Of a stretch of 64,000 bases of DNA, positions 57,092-64,000 are shown one piece after another. Each line of letters starts with the position of its first letter. The stretch's first letter is position 1. A model generated the notes under the pieces. The model saw only the letters and a program-made list of their open reading frames with translations. It made no database searches and was not told where the DNA came from. The stretch is from Patescibacteria group bacterium (GTDB lineage Bacteria > Patescibacteriota > UBA1384 > XYA2-FULL-43-10 > 1-14-0-10-43-13): positions 262,177-326,176 of the forward strand of contig JBAYVE010000001.1 in the NCBI GenBank assembly GCA_041674765.1. The letters are read 5' to 3'. The translations under genes were made by a program, and so were the position numbers.

Positions 57092-57425
57092 ATTTTATGC
57101 TCAAATGCAAAGCTTTTCAACCGCTTTGTTAATTTCCAATCCAAAGAGTCGATAAATCACACCTAATTTGATCAGTGCTCGCTGTAATAAATTAGATGCT
57201 ATAGCGAGTAATCTGTTACATTTCGAAAGTGGGGAAGGGAAAGTTTACTAGCAAATTAAATGATCATTGAATTATCTTTATATGGGTTGGCAACAATGGT
57301 GATTAAGTCAATTTTGGCAGATAGATGCCCGAAATCCTTCGAAGGCCAATGAAATTATCAAGACCCTTTACTTCGGCGAGGTCGAAGAAAATAAATCAGC
57401 TCTTGTATTCAACTGAAAACTTTGA

Positions 57426-57617
57426 TTAGTTTAGTTCTTTCAATATTTTCTCTAAATCGAGCTGATACATTCGGCAGATTTCTCCTATTGTCAAAGTATT
57501 TAGTTCCAGAGCCGCCATCGGACAGCTTAAGCAGGGGACTCCATTTTCTTGCAAAACTTGCGATCCTTTCTTGAGTGCTAAAATATCTCTGAGGGTGGTT
57601 TTGGAAGTTACTTTCAT
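57426..57617 (-). CDS. DUF1858-type small redox-disulfide protein
   Basis: 63 aa with TLRDILALKKG...GVPCLSCPMAALELNT, the pattern of the hybrid-cluster-protein-associated disulfide domain. Confidence 0.5.
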   Translation of the reverse strand: MKVTSKTTLRDILALKKGSQVLQENGVPCLSCPMAALELNTLTIGEICRMYQLDLEKILKELN

Positions 57618-57639
57618 AATGAAATCTCCTTTGTTTAAA

Positions 57640-58152
57640 CTATTTGGTTATTAAATAAAATATAATGCTAAGTATTATAAGAGGTAAGAGCGGCATTGCA
57701 ATCTTTTGAAATGGAAACCAGGGTTTGCCAAAGCGTACTCTTATCTCTATATAGAGAAGATGACCCAGATAAAAGAACATTGAACCCAAGATCATACCAA
57801 GTATGATCTTATCAATTCCCCATAGCGTTTTTTCCGGATGGCCGATTATATCCGCCATATACAATGGCACAACGATCGATCCGTAAGTAATAAAAAGTAC
57901 GAAGAATGAGCTTGCTTTGAAATCAAATTCTCTTTTTTTCAGCCAGTTATTGACCATTAATCCGGACGAAAGGGCAAATGCACCGATCCAAAGGCCAGAG
58001 ATAGTATTATCGACTCCATATTTCTCGAGCATTACCATTGCGCCGCCGACAGCTATTGTACACATCGGACACATCGCCGATATCTTTAGCGGTAGAAAAA
58101 GTGGCAAAGTAAAAAAGACGGATGCAATTGTTTTTAATATTCTCCTATTCAT
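57640..58152 (-). CDS. Integral membrane protein with a CPMC motif (candidate DsbB/VKOR-functional analogue, partner of the adjacent DsbA)
   Basis: Four or five TMs; its only cysteines are the CPMC pair after TM1. The gene overlaps the DsbA gene by 8 nt. Confidence 0.4.
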   Translation of the reverse strand: MNRRILKTIASVFFTLPLFLPLKISAMCPMCTIAVGGAMVMLEKYGVDNTISGLWIGAFALSSGLMVNNWLKKREFDFKASSFFVLFITYGSIVVPLYMADIIGHPEKTLWGIDKIILGMILGSMFFYLGHLLYIEIRVRFGKPWFPFQKIAMPLLPLIILSIIFYLITK

Positions 58153-58825
58153 TTAGGGGTGGGTCTAGCTTTTCTTTTAGCTGTTCGAAGGTCAGAGCAC
58201 CTCGAAGCTCTTCGATATTGTTATTCTGATCGATTAAGTAACTTGCCGGAGTACCTTTAATTTTTAAAGCGGTACCTGAGGCGGTATCATTCTCTACTTT
58301 AGCGATAACTTTCATGTCCTTTAAGTCATTTTTAAATTGATTTTCATTGAGTCCTAGCTCTTTGGCATATTCTAATAGATTCCTTTCCTGAAACTTACTT
58401 CCGTCTGGCCGAGATTTCTCGACAATTTTATTGTGAAATTCCCAAAACTTGCCTTGTTTGCCTGCTGCTTCGGCTGCGATCGCCGTGCCCTTGGAGTATT
58501 TGTTGGAAGGCAAAGGAAAGTGGCGGTAAACCCATCTAACTTGACCAGGATAGGATTCAACGATTTGCGTCATAGTTTTGTCGAAATTGATGCAGTAAGG
58601 GCATTGGTAGTCGGAGTAATTCACGATCGTAATCGGCGCGCTTTTGTCTCCTAAAATATTATCGCTGTCTGTTATTCTCAATATTTCTTCCTTGGAACTG
58701 TTGGAAAATGAAATTGTATTATTGCTTTCGTCGGTATTTTTGTTCTTGCTGATCGCGTAAATTCCCAAACCAATGATTGTAATAACTGCGCCCGCGATAA
58801 TTATTTTAATAAAGTTTTTCATCAA
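58145..58825 (-). CDS. DsbA-family thiol:disulfide oxidoreductase (paralog of 51621..52298)
   Basis: TM; YQCPYCINF active site; overall collinear with the 51621 paralog. Confidence 0.7.
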   Translation of the reverse strand: MMKNFIKIIIAGAVITIIGLGIYAISKNKNTDESNNTISFSNSSKEEILRITDSDNILGDKSAPITIVNYSDYQCPYCINFDKTMTQIVESYPGQVRWVYRHFPLPSNKYSKGTAIAAEAAGKQGKFWEFHNKIVEKSRPDGSKFQERNLLEYAKELGLNENQFKNDLKDMKVIAKVENDTASGTALKIKGTPASYLIDQNNNIEELRGALTFEQLKEKLDPPLNE

Positions 58826-58873
58826 TTAATTTCCAAATTAATTATTCAAATTTAGGGTCCATTAAAAATGCCG

Positions 58874-61363
58874 TTATTCTTGCATTTCTGTTTTTGGCAC
58901 TGCGACTGAAGAGGGAGCCTCTTTAGTCATATTTTTTTCTGACATTTGCGAACTGATTTTAGCGAATTGGAAAAACAGAAGCGAGAAAGCTATCACCATA
59001 ATTGCCGGAGCGACGATGGAGAGCCAATTCTTTTTGTGGGGCTTAAATCCCCGAAGGAGCATTGAATTGGTGACAACTGAGACGGAACTTAGCGCCATTG
59101 CGATACCGGCGAGCTCTGGTTTTAAAACCAAACCGAAGCCGAAGAAAATCCTGGCAGCGATCGGAATTCCCGCAACATTATAGAAGAGGGCGAAGAACAT
59201 ATTTTGGCGCACCTTCCCCATCGTTTCTCTTGAGAGTTCAATCGCTTTGACAACATCCCTAAGGTCATTTTTGATAATGACGATGCCGCCGGCTTCCATT
59301 GCGACATCAGTGCCCGAACCCATTGCGATGCCAAGGTTTGCTTGAGCCAAAGCCGGTGCATCATTGATGCCGTCCCCGACCATTGCCACCACCTGCCTAT
59401 GGCGGGAATTTCTAATTTCTAATTTCGAATTTCTAATCAAATCCCAATTTCCTAATTTTAAATTTTCGATATCATTCGACTGAATTGCTTTGACTGCCAG
59501 TGCTTTTTGATCTGGTAGTACCTCTGATAAAATATTTTCCGATGCTATTCCGACCTGCTTGGCGATTGCATTGGCAGTCCGCTGGTTGTCTCCGGTGATC
59601 ATCCAAACTTGGATACCCATTTTTTGCAGCTTTTCGACTGCCTCTTTGGAAGTTTCCTTGACCGTATCGGCAACCCCAATGACACCTAGAATTTCCTTGG
59701 AGTTTGCAAGAATCATTACGGTTTTTCCTTCTTCTTCGATTCGGGACATTTTGCGATTGATGCGATCTATTTCAAGTCCGACAATATCGGTGATAAGTCT
59801 TCTGTTACCGAAGTAATATTTTGTATGATTAATTTTGCCTTCAACACCATGGCCAGGGATTGCCTTGAAATCGGCAACTTCATCAGGTTTTATCCCTTCC
59901 TCCTCGGCATAATTGTAAATTGCCTCAGCCAGCGGATGTTCCGATGACTTTTCAAGGGAAGCCGAAATCTGCAAAATATCGTCTTCATCAGTATTTGAAA
60001 AGGATAAGATATCAGTTACTTCCGGTTTGCCGTTTGTAAGGGTGCCGGTCTTATCAAAAACTATTGTTTTAACCTTTTCGGCTGATTCAAGCGGTTCGCC
60101 GCCCTTGATTAGGATACCGTGTTCTGCTCCTTTGCCTGTGCCAACCATGATCGCGGTCGGAGTTGCCAGGCCAAGCGCGCAGGGACAAGCAATCACAATG
60201 ACGGCTGTAAAAGCCATAAGGGCGAAAGGCAGAGTCGCTCCAAGCAATAACCAAACGATTAGCGTTAATATTGCTAAGCCGATTACGGCCGGGACGAACC
60301 AGGCGGAAATCCGGTCTGCAAAAGCCTGAATAGGAGCCTTTGAGCCTTGTGCCTCTTCGATTAGGCGGATGATTTGAGAGAGAGTTGTCTCCGAGCCTAT
60401 TTTAGTAGCTTCAAACTCAAAACTACCAGTTTTGTTTATGGTCGCGCCGATAACAGTGTCGCCAACATTTTTCTCAACAGGCAAACTCTCTCCCGTAACC
60501 ATCGATTCGTCGAGCGCTGATGACCCTTTGGTAATCATACCGTCGACCGGAACTTTTTCCCCGGGCCGGACAAGGATGATATCGCCATGCACGACTTTAT
60601 CAACCGGAATATCGACAGTTTTGCCGTCGCGAATTACTCTGGCCGTCTTCGCCTGCAACCCCATCAGTTTTTTAATTGCATCGCTTGTTTTGCCCTTGGC
60701 TTTTGCCTCAAGCCATTTGCCAAGAATAACAAAGGTGATTAGAAAAGCCGCGGTTTCGAAATACATATCCGGAATTTTTTGGCCATTTTGGCCCAAGACT
60801 GAGCCTGTAGCAAAGACATATATCATGAAATTTATAAAGCTATAGAAGAATGCGGTCGAAGTTCCGATCGCAATCAATGAATCCATATTGAAAGTCCTCA
60901 TTTTGAAGGCAGACACCATACCTTTGTAAAAACCGGCCCCAATTATGAATTGAACAGGAATCGTCAAAATGAGCGAAACGATGCCGAAGTATGGCGGCAG
61001 AGAATTCCCGCCAGGGAGGCCTGGAAAGAAATCGAGCAGCATAAAATACAACATCGGCAGAGATAGGGAAAGACCAAGAATAAATTTTTTGAAAATATTA
61101 TCAATTTCACTTTTTTTATTCTTTCGGGCGGAGTCGATTTCTCTGTCGTTTATTTCCAATGCTTTATATCCCGCTTTCATTACTGTGGTAATCAATTCTT
61201 CTTTAGTGATTATATTATCGTCAAAAACAATCCTTGCTTTCTCGATGGCAAAATTCACACTTACTGTCTCTACCCCAGACAATTTTTTCATACTTTGTTC
61301 AATTATATTGGCGCAAGAGACACAATGCATCCCTGATATATTCAAATACATTTTCTTGTTCAT
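58874..61363 (-). CDS. copA: Copper-translocating P1B-type ATPase
   Basis: N-terminal HMA domain (GMHCVSC), TM CPC motif ([11 protein letters not shown]), DKTGTLT phosphorylation site, [10 protein letters not shown]. An in-frame low-complexity insertion encodes [24 protein letters not shown] just before [12 protein letters not shown]. Confidence 0.95.
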   Translation of the reverse strand: MNKKMYLNISGMHCVSCANIIEQSMKKLSGVETVSVNFAIEKARIVFDDNIITKEELITTVMKAGYKALEINDREIDSARKNKKSEIDNIFKKFILGLSLSLPMLYFMLLDFFPGLPGGNSLPPYFGIVSLILTIPVQFIIGAGFYKGMVSAFKMRTFNMDSLIAIGTSTAFFYSFINFMIYVFATGSVLGQNGQKIPDMYFETAAFLITFVILGKWLEAKAKGKTSDAIKKLMGLQAKTARVIRDGKTVDIPVDKVVHGDIILVRPGEKVPVDGMITKGSSALDESMVTGESLPVEKNVGDTVIGATINKTGSFEFEATKIGSETTLSQIIRLIEEAQGSKAPIQAFADRISAWFVPAVIGLAILTLIVWLLLGATLPFALMAFTAVIVIACPCALGLATPTAIMVGTGKGAEHGILIKGGEPLESAEKVKTIVFDKTGTLTNGKPEVTDILSFSNTDEDDILQISASLEKSSEHPLAEAIYNYAEEEGIKPDEVADFKAIPGHGVEGKINHTKYYFGNRRLITDIVGLEIDRINRKMSRIEEEGKTVMILANSKEILGVIGVADTVKETSKEAVEKLQKMGIQVWMITGDNQRTANAIAKQVGIASENILSEVLPDQKALAVKAIQSNDIENLKLGNWDLIRNSKLEIRNSRHRQVVAMVGDGINDAPALAQANLGIAMGSGTDVAMEAGGIVIIKNDLRDVVKAIELSRETMGKVRQNMFFALFYNVAGIPIAARIFFGFGLVLKPELAGIAMALSSVSVVTNSMLLRGFKPHKKNWLSIVAPAIMVIAFSLLFFQFAKISSQMSEKNMTKEAPSSVAVPKTEMQE

Positions 61364-62733
61364 TCACTCCTACTTTTATTTTCAGTCACAATAAATTTGC
61401 CGGAATACATTCCCATAGAGCAGGAGAATTTAATCTCACCAAGCTCGGTCGGCGTAAATTGTATTTCGTTCATTCCAAGATTTAGGGCCTTGCGAATTTT
61501 TAGTTTTGATACAGATAAACTAGCGGCGCAGGAGCGATCTTCTTTTGAATCAATTTGCCATTTGACCGGGATATCTTTATAAATTGTGAATTTGTTTGGT
61601 TTGTAGCCGCTGGAAATTTGCGACATTTTTACTATTTGATATCCGTCTTTTTGGGTGACATTTGGATCATTGTAAGTCGATAATTCCTGTTTGTCGCTGC
61701 CGGCAAATATATTTTTCCAGCCGGTCAAATTATAGCCGTTTGAAATATTAAAGAAAGCCAGGAAGATGACAAGAAGCCCCACAAATTTGAAAAATTTTTT
61801 TGCAAAAGCCCCCTTTACAACAGAAGCAAGTCCACCCAAGCCCAAAAGTCCCGGAGCAGTTCCAACAGCAAAAATGCCCATAATAAGTGCGCCCTGCCAA
61901 AAGCTGCCTGTCGAGATGGCAAAAAGCTGCATCGCTTGAGTAAAGCCGCAGGGAAGGAAGAAGGTGAGTGCGCCGATCATTATAGAATTATTGTGACTGT
62001 ACTCTTTGTTGTGATGCTTTTTGATGCCCAATAACCTGGCCAAGGCTGGTGGCAAAGTAAATGAAGCACTTGAAATTCTGGGGAATAATTCGATCAGTTG
62101 CGCCCCCATAATTAGCATCACCACTCCGACAAAAATTGTTAGAGCGCCGAGCGTAGGACCGGAAAGTTGGAATGCTTTACCCAAGAGGCCGATCAAGCCA
62201 CCGAGAATTGCATAGGAAGTGATCCGTCCGATATTGAAGAAAAGATGGGGACGGAATTTTTGGATGGGACTCGCTTCGGGATGTTTCTCCGCGTGACGAG
62301 CGGCAATACTTAGAACCAGGCCACCGACAAGCGCCGCACACGTTGAAATTCCTGCTGTCAGGCCAATCAGTAAGACAATTAAGTAGCTGCCGCTCGCAGT
62401 TGAGCCGGCATTGATATTGAAAAATCCTAATTTGTTGCCGATTAGATAGAGGAGATAGAGAATTATTAGTGAAAAAAACAAGTCTTTGTAAGCTTTTGGA
62501 TCCCTGCTAATCCATGATTTTGAATCGTCGACACCAACCTCGTAGCCGGCCTCAATTATTGCAGTCTCCAAAGAACCTTGATTGATCGGATGTTTTGTAT
62601 AAATCAAAGCCTGCTTCTTCTTGTAGCTGACCTGGACATTTTTGATTTCTGGAAATTCTTTAAGCTTTTCCTCGATCAAAATCTCGCAAGAGCGGCAATG
62701 CATGCCTTTGATTGGTAATATAATTTTGTTCAT
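61360..62733 (-). CDS. HMA-domain membrane protein: N-terminal metal-binding domain, TauE/SafE-like permease core, C-terminal soluble beta-rich (cupredoxin-like?) domain
   Basis: GMHCRSC HMA motif; about 8 TMs with Gly-rich helices; C-terminal approx. 110 aa soluble domain with paired Cys. Overlaps the copA stop by 4 nt. Confidence 0.5.
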   Translation of the reverse strand: MNKIILPIKGMHCRSCEILIEEKLKEFPEIKNVQVSYKKKQALIYTKHPINQGSLETAIIEAGYEVGVDDSKSWISRDPKAYKDLFFSLIILYLLYLIGNKLGFFNINAGSTASGSYLIVLLIGLTAGISTCAALVGGLVLSIAARHAEKHPEASPIQKFRPHLFFNIGRITSYAILGGLIGLLGKAFQLSGPTLGALTIFVGVVMLIMGAQLIELFPRISSASFTLPPALARLLGIKKHHNKEYSHNNSIMIGALTFFLPCGFTQAMQLFAISTGSFWQGALIMGIFAVGTAPGLLGLGGLASVVKGAFAKKFFKFVGLLVIFLAFFNISNGYNLTGWKNIFAGSDKQELSTYNDPNVTQKDGYQIVKMSQISSGYKPNKFTIYKDIPVKWQIDSKEDRSCAASLSVSKLKIRKALNLGMNEIQFTPTELGEIKFSCSMGMYSGKFIVTENKSRSE

Positions 62734-62865
62734 AACTTTTTGTCCCTCGTATATCTTGTCGTTCCAGACCTGATCTGGAATCTATTAATGAATTGATCCT
62801 GAATCAAGATACGGATCCCTCGGCTTTGCTCGGGACGACTGAGTCGGTTCAGGTTGACACCAATG

Positions 62866-63138
62866 TCACTTGTTTGCTAGCTTGGAAACCTTTAAAATTT
62901 CTTCGATCATTTCCCGTTTTCTATTCTCATTATTTGACTTCATCGCATTCTTAAAACAGGTATTTAGGTGCCCTTCCATCAGCATCTGGTGAGCAGATTT
63001 TAGAAGACCAAGCACAGCTAAATTTTGTTGCATCACGTCAATGCAGTATTCGCCATCCTCGATCATTGTAACGATTTTGTCAATGTGGCTTCTTGCCTTC
63101 TTAAAATTAATAATTGTTTTCTCGTGTTTTGAATCCAT
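62866..63138 (-). CDS. csoR: Metal-sensing transcriptional repressor, CsoR/RcnR family
   Basis: 90 aa, helical; YCIDVMQQ...HQMLMEGHLNTC carries the C-H-C ligand pattern of CsoR. It is the first gene of the copper operon. Confidence 0.7.
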   Translation of the reverse strand: MDSKHEKTIINFKKARSHIDKIVTMIEDGEYCIDVMQQNLAVLGLLKSAHQMLMEGHLNTCFKNAMKSNNENRKREMIEEILKVSKLANK

Positions 63139-63318
63139 TTTGGCTCCAATATTATTGTTATCCCATACCTATGGTGGGGGTATAAAGATTTTATCAACCC
63201 TGGCTCACATTGTCAACTATTTTTCGCCTTTTTAGAGAATGTTAGTAATTCATATAATTTTTTTACTTAGCTTTAGTGCTATAGCTTAAAGAAGCATCTT
63301 TTTGGGAGGGGGAAGCAA

Positions 63319-63558
63319 ATGCAGGATGATGAGCTAGCTCGAATAGAAGAAGTCGTGGACCGAGTTTTTGGGGAAATCTCTCATCAATTTACGGGATCGA
63401 GGGATGATCCTCTCGAACTGGCCCGTGTCCACGAGGTAGCGGTTGAGCAGGCTGAGGCAATTCTTCACGAGGAAGGCTTTACCCAGTTTGATCAATGGAT
63501 TACTCTGTCTGTTAGCCGTCGCTGGAAGGAGTGGACAGCTAGTCTACAAGCAGGGTAG
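63319..63558 (+). CDS. Small acidic hypothetical protein in a GC-rich islet
   Basis: RBS GGGAGGGGGAAG before the ATG; about 52% GC against about 38% background. Confidence 0.4.
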   Translation: MQDDELARIEEVVDRVFGEISHQFTGSRDDPLELARVHEVAVEQAEAILHEEGFTQFDQWITLSVSRRWKEWTASLQAG

Positions 63559-63586
63559 CTACAATTATCAACAGGGAGGTAGGAAG

Positions 63587-63835
63587 ATGTCAGGCAAAGG
63601 TTCTACTTCACAGCGCAAGAGAGCCAGGGAGATCGTGGCCGGCGTATTTGCCGAAAAAGTTTCTGATGACGTTTCAGATTATGGCACTGACCAGATGGCT
63701 GCTTTGAAAGTAGAAATATTTATGGAGGTCAAGCGCCGGATCAGTCAAGCTGAGCTGAATGTCACCCGCTTTTTGTGGGAGAGGGAGATCAACGAACATT
63801 GGACCGCTGTAGTCAGGAGGCACTATGGCGCCTAG
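63587..63835 (+). CDS. Small basic hypothetical protein in the same GC-rich islet
   Basis: RBS GGGAGGTAGGAAG 2-3 nt before the ATG (MSGKGSTSQRKRAREI...). The track extends this ORF to 63443 in the same frame. Confidence 0.4.
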   Translation: MSGKGSTSQRKRAREIVAGVFAEKVSDDVSDYGTDQMAALKVEIFMEVKRRISQAELNVTRFLWEREINEHWTAVVRRHYGA

Positions 63836-63838
63836 CAC

Positions 63839-63870
63839 GGGGAGTACCAAGAAGTACTCCCCCATTTTTA
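63839..63870 (+). terminator. Rho-independent terminator
   Basis: GGGGAGTAC-CAAGAA-GTACTCCCC (perfect 9 bp stem) followed by CATTTTTA. Confidence 0.6.
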
Positions 63871-64000
63871 TACAATTAAATTAATTGGGAATTGGGTTTG
63901 CCCTTGCTTTTTTGCCAAAAGTCCGTATAATATTTGATTGGCAATTTATTCGGGAGGTATTTTTTGATGATAGCTATTCGCTGTCATGTATTGTAGGGTA

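Noticed and set aside
58874-63138. csoR - HMA/TauE - copA copper operon as a candidate novel system
   Set aside because: The architecture (CsoR repressor, metallochaperone-like HMA membrane protein, P1B ATPase) is a well-known copper-resistance layout. Only the internal repeat insertion in copA is unusual.

Overview
This 64 kb window is AT-rich (about 38-40% GC by eye), with short, tightly packed genes typical of a reduced-genome bacterium. The gene content (split tsaB/comEC, many small hypotheticals, lepA with insertions) suggests a Candidate Phyla Radiation/Patescibacteria-like organism, but that is inference. There are about 75 protein genes and four tRNAs. The tRNAs are Ile2-CAU, elongator Met-CAU, initiator fMet-CAU (all on the minus strand) and Lys-UUU. 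There is no rRNA and no CRISPR array. Recognisable core genes: tilS-ftsH-murJ, nfo, lepA, dnaJ-like/dnaK/grpE, comEC (split into a channel gene and a separate MBL gene), yebC-ruvC ... ruvA-ruvB, queH, queA, tsaE-tsaB, LCP, parvulin PPIase, PGM-like phosphatase, eno, a complete Ku/LigD/LigD-Pol NHEJ module, an ABC-2 transporter, two DsbA paralogs and a csoR/HMA-permease/copA copper operon. The strongest candidate for a novel system is a four-gene insertion that splits the conserved ruvC | ruvA-ruvB cluster (32093..36760). It carries a GalT-type HIT nucleotidyltransferase, a large PGM1-like ATP-grasp ligase, and two tandem paralogous RimK/cyanophycin-synthetase-like ATP-grasp ligases, the second translationally coupled to ruvA. 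Other signals that the gene calls do not explain: (1) a membrane-protein gene bounded by about 80 bp imperfect inverted repeats, next to tRNA-Lys and a DUF360 holin-like gene; (2) two copies of a 40-44 bp perfect palindrome bracketing a frameshifted cupin gene inserted between grpE and dnaK; (3) a 26 bp perfect palindrome over the dnaK promoter that is not CIRCE; (4) an 11-copy CTTAGAA heptamer array; (5) a 36 bp synonymous-only duplication of the lepA start; (6) a family of CAAAT/ATTTG-rich intergenic repeats, with a related in-frame tandem repeat inside copA; (7) GC-rich islets carrying small orphan genes. All calls rest on reading the sequence and remembering protein-family motifs. No database search was run.
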